Assembly: GCA_040380025.1 (NCBI GenBank)
Contig: JBEIJY010000032.1
Coordinates: forward strand, 1-28,468
Direction: 5' to 3'
Source of the DNA: Bdellovibrionales bacterium
GTDB lineage: Bacteria > Bdellovibrionota > UBA1018 > CAIMNF01
DNA length: 28,468 bases
Numbering within the stretch: the first letter of the stretch is position 1; the number at the start of each line of letters is the position of its first letter. Under the pieces are notes generated by a model. The model was not told where the DNA came from, did no database searches, and saw nothing but the letters and a program-made list of their open reading frames with translations. Below, in pieces: positions 18,775 through 26,732 of this stretch. A program made the translations under genes and the position numbers.

Positions 18775-20214
18775 TCACTCCTCGGGAGGAGTTTCTTCTT
18801 CGGAGGCCGGAGTTGTGGCCGGGGCCTCTTCTTCAGGCTGTTCCTTCGGTGTCTCTGGAGCCGGCGCAGTGGCCGGCGCCTCCGTGGCATCATTCGGCGC
18901 GGCTTCTTCGCCGATTTTTGGCGTCTGATTCCCGCCCGGATTCAAAATCTCCATCTCCACGTCCTGCGAATCCTCGGACCAGGTTTCGAGCTGGCGGAGA
19001 TCGCGTGATTCCTGCTCGCCCATCCCGTCGGTGCTGTCGAAGCGGTCGAGCTCGTCCATGTTGGCCGTGCCGGATCGATCCTGGATTACGGTCTGAAGTC
19101 CCTGATTGCGGTCGAAATCCCGGAGATCCGTGAGGCCCACGACGGTGTCGCCGGCCCGGACTCCCGAACGACTGCGAAGAACGATCGCGATCGAGAAACG
19201 CTCCTGGGCGCTCAGAATCTGGAGTTCGGATTCGATCAGGAAGTCCTTCGATGAGATCTCATCGCCGGTATGCGGGTCATTGTGCAAATATTGCCGGAAG
19301 ATCATGCCGGCGTTCGCGCCATCCTCGGTTCCCGCATCCAGAAACACCAGACGCTGTTGCCCGATCAGGTCGTTCGAGGCGCTTTCGGGAACGAGAATGC
19401 TCGCCTCGATCGCGCTTGGTGCCGGAATCGGATCTCGGAAGGTGAGGGCCTCGACCTCGGGAATCAGCAGGTTCCCGCGTTCGATCGGGTGGTAGAGGGC
19501 CGTGACGGTCCCGATGAAGAGTCCGTCGCGGACGCCGATCACCTTCACTTTTCCGGAGATCTTGTACAAGAACCCCTCGCGTCCGTCACGCGAGGAAATC
19601 ACGCGCTCGGGATCGGTGGTGATCGAGTACACGGTGCCCGTTTGAATGGCCTCTTCAGGGCGCAAAAATACCTGTTCGCCGAGCGTGATCTGCCGGAAGT
19701 TCGAGCGGGAGGCTTCGACCGTGCCGATGATGGCCACACGCTCGGGAGAAATCGCCATGGGCGAGACCGTGCGGTTCGAGGCGCGGGATCCGATCGTGCT
19801 CCGGCGGTCGAACCCCGAGGAGTCGATGTGGGGGGAGGGCGGAACTTGCACCTGCTCCCAGACTTGCACCGGAAGAAGTCTCCACTCCTGGGAACGCGGC
19901 TTCTTTTTTCGCGGGAGGGGAACGGGCGGGGCATTCGAGGCGACCAGCTCCCCCGAGGCGACCAGTTCCCCCGATCCGGTATCAGGCAGTCTCAGGGTCT
20001 GGCCCGGATAGATCGAGTTCGGGTTCCGGATCTGATCACGGTTGAGCTCGTAGAGCTCTTTCCATTTTTCGCGGGAGCCATAGCGGGAGAGCGCGATGCC
20101 CGAGAGTGTGTCGCCGCGCCGGATCTCGTAGGCGGCGTGCGCTTCCAACGCCGGAACTCCGAAAACCATCGGGCCCAGGAGTGCCGGCAGGCGGAAGATC
20201 CGGGGGATTCTCAT
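18775..20214 (-). CDS. Secreted LysM peptidoglycan-binding protein (TsaP-like architecture)
   Basis: Signal peptide ending AHA; LysM YEIRRGDTLSGIA...NPNSIYPGQTLRLP; beta-rich C-domain with VFLDAGTEDG; acidic Pro-rich tail. Confidence 0.82.
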   Translation of the reverse strand: MRIPRIFRLPALLGPMVFGVPALEAHAAYEIRRGDTLSGIALSRYGSREKWKELYELNRDQIRNPNSIYPGQTLRLPDTGSGELVASGELVASNAPPVPLPRKKKPRSQEWRLLPVQVWEQVQVPPSPHIDSSGFDRRSTIGSRASNRTVSPMAISPERVAIIGTVEASRSNFRQITLGEQVFLRPEEAIQTGTVYSITTDPERVISSRDGREGFLYKISGKVKVIGVRDGLFIGTVTALYHPIERGNLLIPEVEALTFRDPIPAPSAIEASILVPESASNDLIGQQRLVFLDAGTEDGANAGMIFRQYLHNDPHTGDEISSKDFLIESELQILSAQERFSIAIVLRSRSGVRAGDTVVGLTDLRDFDRNQGLQTVIQDRSGTANMDELDRFDSTDGMGEQESRDLRQLETWSEDSQDVEMEILNPGGNQTPKIGEEAAPNDATEAPATAPAPETPKEQPEEEAPATTPASEEETPPEE

Positions 20215-20951
20215 TCCGTCTCCTTTGCCGGTTCCGGTGCGACGGGCGCGGGGATGCCCGCGGCCTGCGGCGAGTTCGGAAACCCGCTCAGAAGCTTTTC
20301 GCGATAGTAGGTGACATTCGCGGCGTTCTTGAGCTCACCCGAGACTTTCATCAGGGCAAGAAGAGTGTCGGGGATGTGCGAGGAGTGCGGGTAGGCGAGC
20401 ATTCCGCGATTCAGCTCTTCTTCGGCGAGTTTGAATTCCCGCTGCTGGAAATAACTCATTCCGAGGTAGTACTGGGCCGCGGGCGCGAGCGCGTGATCGG
20501 GCTCGTTCTTCACGAAATCCGAGAACTCGAGGATCGCATCGGGGTAGCGTTTCGAATCGAACAGAATTTTCGCCTCCCGGAATCGATCAATCGATTCGTT
20601 CGAAGAAAACGAGGGAGCCATGCTCGCCTTGGGTTTCGGGATGGCGCGGGATTCGACCGCGGGGGCCGAGATCGCCTCGGTCGGAAGTGCCGGCACGGGA
20701 GCGGTGGCGGGCGGCGGGGGCGTCCCCGGGCGGGCGGAGCTTTCGAGCAGGATCTTTTCGTTCAGAGCGGTCAGGCGGGTTTCGAGATCGGCCACCTTTT
20801 CTTCGAGCTTCAGAATGTGATCACGGGCGACCTCGGTTTCGCCCTTCGATTCGGGATGGGTGGCCCCGTGGGAACAACCAAAGAGGAGAAGGATTGCGGG
20901 AGCCGGAGAAAGAGGGTAAAGCCATGGTCGCACTGCACTTTTCAAACCCAT
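20211..20951 (-). CDS. TPR lipoprotein, CpoB/YbgF-like
   Basis: Lipobox LLLFGC, coiled coil, Pro-rich linker, TPRs (EPDHALAPAAQYYLG, YPHSSHIPDTLL, FPNSPQA); ATGA overlap with the LysM gene. Start uncertain (GTG 20933 possible). Confidence 0.8.
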   Translation of the reverse strand: MGLKSAVRPWLYPLSPAPAILLLFGCSHGATHPESKGETEVARDHILKLEEKVADLETRLTALNEKILLESSARPGTPPPPATAPVPALPTEAISAPAVESRAIPKPKASMAPSFSSNESIDRFREAKILFDSKRYPDAILEFSDFVKNEPDHALAPAAQYYLGMSYFQQREFKLAEEELNRGMLAYPHSSHIPDTLLALMKVSGELKNAANVTYYREKLLSGFPNSPQAAGIPAPVAPEPAKETE

Positions 20952-20972
20952 ATGATTTCAGTTTAGGTGGAC

Positions 20973-21212
20973 ATGACTCACGCACACAAGATTTTTGTTC
21001 GGACGCGGAAGGAGGATTCGGCATTTTTGTATCACATCCTCGAGGCCCATGAGGGTTTGGTATCGTACAGCACGCTTCCGTTCGAGCGTCATGACGCGGT
21101 CCGGGATCTCGAACTGCTCGTGACCGTGGAGTTCCAATCTGATCTCGAGCAAGTCCTTGCGGAGCTTTCGGAGTGGGTGACGGTGATTCCTCCGCCGGAG
21201 TCAAAGGGATGA
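20973..21212 (+). CDS. Small DUF4911-like hypothetical protein
   Basis: AGGTGG before ATG 20973; KEDSAFLYHILEAHEGLVSYSTL resembles DUF4911 (from memory, not searched). Confidence 0.65.
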   Translation: MTHAHKIFVRTRKEDSAFLYHILEAHEGLVSYSTLPFERHDAVRDLELLVTVEFQSDLEQVLAELSEWVTVIPPPESKG

Positions 21213-21249
21213 CGATTTTTCGGCCCGGCGCTTGCATCTTTTTCGGAAC

Positions 21250-22272
21250 ATGCCTCTCTATCGTGACCTGCTTCTTTGGATCCTCATCTATGGTCTGTCG
21301 GGCCTCGGGCTCGTCCGGCTCTGGCCGGTTTTAAGACAGCTCGGTTCGGTCTTCGGACAACCGCGTGCGGTTCTCCGGCTCCGGGAGTCGGCGGTTCAAC
21401 TCCGAGTTCTCGAAGAGATGCTCACAAGCGGCATCATTCCGCCCGAAACCGAATGGCGCAAAATCAGTGGGTTTCCTGACCCATGGAATCGCGTTCTGAA
21501 AGACAGTCTTCGCGAACTGCGAGAACAAGGCGCGCCCGTCCTGCCGACCCTGGCGCGGGTGCGAAGAACCCTGCAAGAACAGGCGGAGTTCTTGTTGGAA
21601 TCCCGGGTCCGGAGCGCGCAAGCCCTGCATCAGGCCGCGCTCGCCGTCTCGCTGGTTCCCGGTTTCGGTCTGGTCCTTCATTTCTCCCTTCCCGGCGTGC
21701 GGGAGGCGGGAGGAACGTTCGCACTCCTCGCGCTCGTTTCGTTCCTGCTTGCGAGTCTTGCGTTTTTTTCGATTCTTTCTTCGGCCGATCGCGCGCGTTA
21801 CGGGAATTTGCGCCCGGAACACCGCGAATGGTGGGTCTTGATCCATTCCACGATGGAGCGGATTCTGGCGCTCATTTCGAGTGGGAGTCCGCCCGATCTT
21901 GCGTGGAGGAGGGCGCTCGAGGAGCTGTATCGATCCGACCGCTCGCTTGCGCACGCGTGGGGCACGCAAGTGTGGGATCCCTTCGGTGAGGCAGGAGCGC
22001 CTGCGGGGAATGACTGCAAAAGGCTGATTCTCGGCCTCGGGGTCGAGATGAGGCGAAGCATCCAGACGAGTCTCATCGAGGGCAGGGGGTGTCTCGATCG
22101 TTTGGAGTCGATCCATTCGGCCTGCCTCACCGAGCTTCGCATGACGGTGCGGCGGGAGCTCGAGCTTTTGCCGAACCGTTGCCTGAAGCCCCTTTTTTTG
22201 TTTGTGTTGCCGGGAGTGATGCTTCTGCTTGCGGGCGGTCTTTGGATCTCGATGAAGGATGCGCCAGTATGA
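21250..22272 (+). CDS. Type II secretion system F-family inner-membrane platform protein; apparent TadB+TadC fusion
   Basis: First half EQGAPVLPTL...RVRSAQALHQA...VP (TadB-like); second half ALISSGSPPDLAW...EGRGCLDRL...LPNRCLKPLFLFVLPG (TadC-like); adjacent to cpaF. Start could be TTG 21232. Confidence 0.72.
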   Translation: MPLYRDLLLWILIYGLSGLGLVRLWPVLRQLGSVFGQPRAVLRLRESAVQLRVLEEMLTSGIIPPETEWRKISGFPDPWNRVLKDSLRELREQGAPVLPTLARVRRTLQEQAEFLLESRVRSAQALHQAALAVSLVPGFGLVLHFSLPGVREAGGTFALLALVSFLLASLAFFSILSSADRARYGNLRPEHREWWVLIHSTMERILALISSGSPPDLAWRRALEELYRSDRSLAHAWGTQVWDPFGEAGAPAGNDCKRLILGLGVEMRRSIQTSLIEGRGCLDRLESIHSACLTELRMTVRRELELLPNRCLKPLFLFVLPGVMLLLAGGLWISMKDAPV

Positions 22273-22424
22273 AGATTCCGATGATTCTTTGGTGGCTCGC
22301 TCTTTCGCTCTGGATGCTCGCATGGACGGACGGCACTCCGCTCAATCCCCCGCACGGAGTTCGAAGGGCAGTCGAGGAGCTTCGCTCGCTCGATTCCTGG
22401 AAGTCAGTGTTCGTGCGCAAATGA
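22269..22424 (+). CDS. Possible 51-aa small membrane or secreted protein
   Basis: ATGA overlap with the upstream stop; AAGGA upstream; MKIPMILWWLALSLWMLAW. 3' half overlaps cpaF antisense. Confidence 0.35.
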   Translation: MKIPMILWWLALSLWMLAWTDGTPLNPPHGVRRAVEELRSLDSWKSVFVRK

Positions 22425-23361
22425 CCCCGCGCTCGATTCCCTCGATCGCGATCACCTCTTCGATCCGGCGTGCATCCGGGGATCGCTTCAGGAACGCGAT
22501 TTTTCGGATTCCACGCGCAATCAGGCTCCGCACGAGCGCGTCTGGAATCTGCCCGCGTGCCGCGATCAAGGCGAGGAGTTCGAGTCGGGCGGCGGCATCC
22601 CGCGCGGAGCTTGCGTGAATCGTGCTCATCGAGCCCTGATGCCCGGTGTTCAGCGCCAGAAGAAGATCAAGCACCTCATCGCCCCGGCACTCGCCGATCA
22701 GAATCCGGTCGGGCCGCATGCGGAGGGTCTGCCGTACGAGATCACGCAAGGTGACGGCCCCGAAGCCGTCGGCATTCGCGGAGCGGGTCAGGAGGCTTAC
22801 AAAGCGTGGATGCGCGGGGCTCAGCTCGGCCGTGTCCTCGAGGGCAAGGATCCGCTCGTGTGGGGGAACAAACAAAAGTAGATCGTTGAAGAGGGTGGTC
22901 TTCCCGGATCCCGTGGCTCCGGCGAACAGGATGCTCTCGCGTTTTTTTACCGACTCCCGGAGCAGTTCGAACGCCATTCCGGACTCGCTCCAGCGCGCAA
23001 GGGCCCGGGTCTGGAGATCGTGCAGGGAAACTCCGGGATGCCGCCCGGGAAGCCGGCGAAGAGAGAGGAGGACGCCTGCGGGGCTCACCGGCGGGAACAC
23101 CAGATGCGCGCGATGAGTGCCGAAGAAGACGGCATCGGCAAAGGGGAGTTTCGCATCCCAGGTTTTTCCGGCAAGCGAGAGCTGTTCGACGGCGAACTGA
23201 CGAAGCTCAAGATCGCTCGAAAAAATCGAGACGGATGGCACGGTCTCCAAACCCGATCCTCGATCGACGATCACCTCGCCCGGTCCGGACAAGAACAGGT
23301 CGGTCACGGATTCGTCTTGCAGGAGCCGCACCAGTGCCTCGGGAATCACAGCACATTCCAA
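22342..23361 (-). CDS. cpaF: CpaF/TadA-family pilus assembly ATPase
   Basis: GATGSGKT, EDTAEL (Asp box), LRMRPDRILIGECRG, NTGHQGSMSTIHA (His box). Confidence 0.92.
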   Translation of the reverse strand: MECAVIPEALVRLLQDESVTDLFLSGPGEVIVDRGSGLETVPSVSIFSSDLELRQFAVEQLSLAGKTWDAKLPFADAVFFGTHRAHLVFPPVSPAGVLLSLRRLPGRHPGVSLHDLQTRALARWSESGMAFELLRESVKKRESILFAGATGSGKTTLFNDLLLFVPPHERILALEDTAELSPAHPRFVSLLTRSANADGFGAVTLRDLVRQTLRMRPDRILIGECRGDEVLDLLLALNTGHQGSMSTIHASSARDAAARLELLALIAARGQIPDALVRSLIARGIRKIAFLKRSPDARRIEEVIAIEGIERGVICARTLTSRNRASEAPRLPFELRAGD

Positions 23362-24779
23362 GGATAATCGGGCGAGGCCCGTGCGTCTTCGCGCTCTCCT
23401 GCGCTCATGTGATCGCGGGGAAGGGGCAGGAATCCGCGAGGAAGTCCGGAGGCGATCCGGGTCTGGGGCGAGGAGGGGGGCTTCCGGTGGGGGAGGAGGA
23501 TCGCAACGAGTTCGGAGCGACGGTTCCGGTAATCCTGACTCGAGAAGAGCTTGCCGAGAACCGGGATGTCCGAGAGCCAGGGCAGTCCTCCGGCGCGATC
23601 GCGGATGTCTTCTTGCAAAAGTCCCGAGAGCAAAAGGGGCTCATCCATCCGGCTGTCGACCAGGGTTTTGATCCGGTTGCTCTTCAGGCCCGGAAGCTCC
23701 TCGGTGTCGAGGGACGGATCGATCTGGCTGATCTCGGTTTCGATTCCGAGGCGCACGAGGTTTCCCGCGAGCTCCTTCACGTCGAGCCGGAGCGTGAGCC
23801 CGAAGGTCTTCCACGAGACCGAATCATTGAAGCGGCTTCGTTGCCGGATAGGGAGCTCTCCGCCTGAAAACAGCTCGGCCTGCCCGGGCGCCTTGACCAC
23901 GAGTTCGGGCGAGGAGAGAAGCCTCGCGATGCCTTTTTCGGAAAGCGCATGAATCGAAAGATCGATCGATCGACCTCCGAGAAGCGTGAGCGGATCGAAG
24001 CCGATCGCCGCGGGAACACTGCCGGGCCAGGCCACTCCGAGCCGGTTCAGCAGGTCTTTTCGCATCTCGAGCAGAAACACCTTGAAGTACAAGGTCGAGT
24101 CCCGCTCTGAGGGCGGCCGGACTGCGATGCGCGCGAGAGGCTGAATTTCGCGGATTTGTTTGCGAAGAGAGGCGAGTGCCGCCTCGTTCGGGACCGAACC
24201 TTCGATCAGGAACTCCTCCCGGTCGCGACGCAGGAGGGTTTCGGGATACGAGGCAAGAATCGCTTCGAGACGCCGCGCGCTCGCCTCGGCCCAGGCGGGA
24301 TCGAGCCTTGTCTCGTCGACGACGAAGGCCGGGAATCGCTCCCGGAGGTTCGCGATCGTTCGGGCCTCGTCCCGGTTCCGCACGCTCCCGCGCAAAATGA
24401 ATCCGGAGCCCCCGTCAATCACTTCGATTGCCTCGAGAGTGCCGATCGCCCGAAGAAGCGCATCGGGATACGGCAGGGAGTGGCGTGCTTCGACCCGGAG
24501 GATTCGAGTCGAGGATTTACCGGCGCGGGATCGGGTGAACAGGGTCGAGAGACCGGGCCTCACCCCCTTCACCAAAAAGAACTTTCCGCTCGGATCGCGC
24601 CAGACGCGCACGGATTCTCCGCTCAAAGAGTAGCGATCGATGTCCGGAATACGGATTTTTCGTTGTTCTCCGGTCTCCAGAAAAACCGGCGGGGCTGCCG
24701 CTCGTACGGGTACGGACGGGCGGAACACGCAAAATAGCGCAAAAAAGACGAGGAACGGGAATCGTTCAAGGGGCATCAT
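23346..24779 (-). CDS. CpaC/RcpA-type secretin of the Tad/Flp pilus
   Basis: Signal peptide from ATG 24779; VKGVRPGLSTL N-domain; BON-like segments; secretin core LLSSPELVV, FSGGELP, GLPWLSDIPVLGKLFSS, SELVAILLP. Confidence 0.88.
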   Translation of the reverse strand: MMPLERFPFLVFFALFCVFRPSVPVRAAAPPVFLETGEQRKIRIPDIDRYSLSGESVRVWRDPSGKFFLVKGVRPGLSTLFTRSRAGKSSTRILRVEARHSLPYPDALLRAIGTLEAIEVIDGGSGFILRGSVRNRDEARTIANLRERFPAFVVDETRLDPAWAEASARRLEAILASYPETLLRRDREEFLIEGSVPNEAALASLRKQIREIQPLARIAVRPPSERDSTLYFKVFLLEMRKDLLNRLGVAWPGSVPAAIGFDPLTLLGGRSIDLSIHALSEKGIARLLSSPELVVKAPGQAELFSGGELPIRQRSRFNDSVSWKTFGLTLRLDVKELAGNLVRLGIETEISQIDPSLDTEELPGLKSNRIKTLVDSRMDEPLLLSGLLQEDIRDRAGGLPWLSDIPVLGKLFSSQDYRNRRSELVAILLPHRKPPSSPQTRIASGLPRGFLPLPRDHMSAGEREDARASPDYPWNVL

Positions 24780-24795
24780 GATCCCCAAAACCCCA

Positions 24796-24835
24796 AGCAA
24801 ACCCGATGCCAGAACAGCAAACACGATGCCAGAAC
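24796..24835 (-). promoter_or_regulatory. Two tandem sigma54 (-24/-12) promoter motifs in a 2 x 20-bp direct repeat
   Basis: Minus strand reads GTTCTGGCATCGTGTTTGCT GTTCTGGCATCGGGTTTGCT; each unit matches TGGCAY-N5-TTGCW. Confidence 0.8.
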
Positions 24836-24924
24836 GGGCATTTACGGGGATTCAAATTGACTTTTCGGGCGTTTGAGGGCATCAAGATGGCTTAATCAAG
24901 TTTCAGACGATTAAGGAGAACGGT

Positions 24925-25050
24925 ATGGCATCACGTACGGGCAAGACCCGCATGGCAAGAAAAGTAAAACAAGCGCGCAAGGGCAAGATCCGCAAGCGCA
25001 AGGAGCAGAACAAGGGAACCACCCCGAAGTTCCCCATCCACAAGAAGTAA
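24925..25050 (+). CDS. 41-aa highly basic small protein (not in the ORF track)
   Basis: AAGGAG at 24913-24918, ATG 24925, MASRTGKTRMARKVKQARKGKIRKRKEQNKGTTPKFPIHKK, TAA 25048-25050. Confidence 0.8.
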   Translation: MASRTGKTRMARKVKQARKGKIRKRKEQNKGTTPKFPIHKK

Positions 25051-25089
25051 TCGAGAAAAATCACCCCAGGATATCGATCGGAGTCGAAC

Positions 25090-26256
25090 GTGGCATACGA
25101 AACTTTGTTTACCTCGGAATCAGTGACAGAAGGGCACCCGGACAAGATCGCGGATCAGGTCTCGGATGCGGTATTGGATGCGATTCTGACCGAAGACCCC
25201 AAAGCCCGCGTTGCGTGCGAGACGCTCGTGACCACCGGCTTGGTGGTGATTGCGGGAGAAGTGACAACCCACGCGAAGGTGGACTATGCCCATGTTGCGC
25301 GCGAAACCATCCGGAAGATCGGGTATGATCGCTCCGACAAAGGCTTCGATGCCAATACCTGCGGCGTGGTGGTCACACTGGACCGCCAGAGCCCCGACAT
25401 CGATCAGGGCGTGACCCAGGGTCAGGGAATCCACAATCAGGGCGAACAAGGTGCGGGCGATCAGGGAATCATGTTCGGCTACGCCGTGAACGAGACTCCC
25501 GAGCTCATGCCGCTCACCATCTCTCTCTCGCAGAAGCTCGCGCAGGAGCTCTCGAAAGTCCGCAAGGACGGAACCCTTCCGTGGCTCCGTCCGGACGGCA
25601 AAACCCAAGTCACGGCTCAATACGTCGACGGCAAGCCTGTTCGGATTGATACCGTGGTTTGTTCGACCCAGCACGAAGACGGAATCGCTCATTCCAAGAT
25701 CCATGACGCGGTCATGGAGCATGTGATTCGCAAAACAATTCCTGCGCACCTTCTCGATTCGAAAACCCGTTACTTCATCAACCCGACCGGCCGCTTTGTG
25801 ATCGGCGGGCCGATGGGGGATTGTGGTCTCACCGGACGCAAAATCATTGTTGACACCTACGGCGGGCATGGAGCCCACGGCGGTGGAGCGTTCTCGGGCA
25901 AGGATCCATCCAAAGTCGACCGTTCAGCCTGCTATATGGCCCGTTATGTGGCGAAGAACATCGTGGCGGCCGGCCTTGCGGACCGTTGCTTGGTTCAGCT
26001 GGCATACGCGATCGGGGTTGCCGAGCCGGTCAGTGTTCATGTGAACGCCTACGGAACCGAAAAAGCCCCGATTCAAAAAATCGAAGAAGCGGTCCGGAAG
26101 ACCTTCCGCCTCACTCCCGCCGGAATCATCGAGACTTTGAATCTGCTTCGCCCGATCTACTCCAAGACCGCGGCCTACGGGCACTTTGGTCGCACGGAAG
26201 CCGAGTTCACCTGGGAGAAGACCGATCAGGTGGCTGCACTCAAAGCGAAGCTTTGA
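25090..26256 (+). CDS. metK: S-adenosylmethionine synthetase
   Basis: [58 protein letters not shown] start after GGAG. Confidence 0.98.
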   Translation: MAYETLFTSESVTEGHPDKIADQVSDAVLDAILTEDPKARVACETLVTTGLVVIAGEVTTHAKVDYAHVARETIRKIGYDRSDKGFDANTCGVVVTLDRQSPDIDQGVTQGQGIHNQGEQGAGDQGIMFGYAVNETPELMPLTISLSQKLAQELSKVRKDGTLPWLRPDGKTQVTAQYVDGKPVRIDTVVCSTQHEDGIAHSKIHDAVMEHVIRKTIPAHLLDSKTRYFINPTGRFVIGGPMGDCGLTGRKIIVDTYGGHGAHGGGAFSGKDPSKVDRSACYMARYVAKNIVAAGLADRCLVQLAYAIGVAEPVSVHVNAYGTEKAPIQKIEEAVRKTFRLTPAGIIETLNLLRPIYSKTAAYGHFGRTEAEFTWEKTDQVAALKAKL

Positions 26257-26269
26257 GCAGGGCCCGGTG

Positions 26270-26503
26270 ATGGGGGTCGTGTTCCTGGTTCTGAAGGTTT
26301 TTCCCGCTTTCGGAGGCGCTCTCGCGGTGCTGTTTTTCGATTTTGCGCGGAACTTTCGAAGAAAAGGAAACAAAATCTGGATCGGGTTTTTGCTCCTTGC
26401 GGTGCTGATGGTGGCCCTGACCGTTGCTTGGTTTTTATTCCGCGGAGACCGGAATGCGGACCTCTGGTTCTCGTATTTTTTGGAGTGGGTCCGGACCGGC
26501 TGA
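26270..26503 (+). CDS. Small two-TM membrane hypothetical protein (77 aa)
   Basis: ATG 13 nt after metK stop; two hydrophobic segments flanking a basic loop RNFRRKGNK. Confidence 0.65.
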   Translation: MGVVFLVLKVFPAFGGALAVLFFDFARNFRRKGNKIWIGFLLLAVLMVALTVAWFLFRGDRNADLWFSYFLEWVRTG

Positions 26504-26600
26504 GCCGGTGCTCTGTCCTGTTATTGTAAATATAGAAAAAATAGTAATTCCCAAGTGATTGGAATGATTTTGTTTTTTTGAGTGCCAAACGGTTGTCTGA

Positions 26601-26658
26601 GTCAAAAAGAATTTTTCTAGAAAAGATTTTGACAGTGCGACAAAATTGGCTTTACCCT
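26601..26658 (+). promoter_or_regulatory. Putative sigma70 promoter TTGACA-18nt-TACCCT overlapped by inverted half-sites GTCAAAA/TTTTGAC, in an AT-rich intergenic region
   Basis: TTGACA 26629-26634, TACCCT 26653-26658, GTCAAAA 26601-26607, TTTTCTAGAAAA 26613-26624, TTTTGAC 26627-26633. Confidence 0.55.
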
Positions 26659-26732
26659 ATTTTAGGCACCGAGCCCTGGAGTCTAAAGGATGGACTGGCT
26701 CTGGAAACAAGAAACTCACGGAAGGAGTTGTT

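Noticed and set aside
4312..23602. HIP1-like octamer GCGATCGC (seen at 4312, 6824, 16262, 23595)
   Set aside because: Few copies, plausibly explained by GCG/ATC codon use; no Markov-corrected count was possible.
24780..24824. GTG 24824 as secretin start
   Set aside because: Lies within the sigma54 motifs; ATG 24779 gives a normal signal peptide.
25051..25089. SAM riboswitch upstream of metK
   Set aside because: Only 39 nt of intergenic sequence and no recognisable SAM riboswitch motif.
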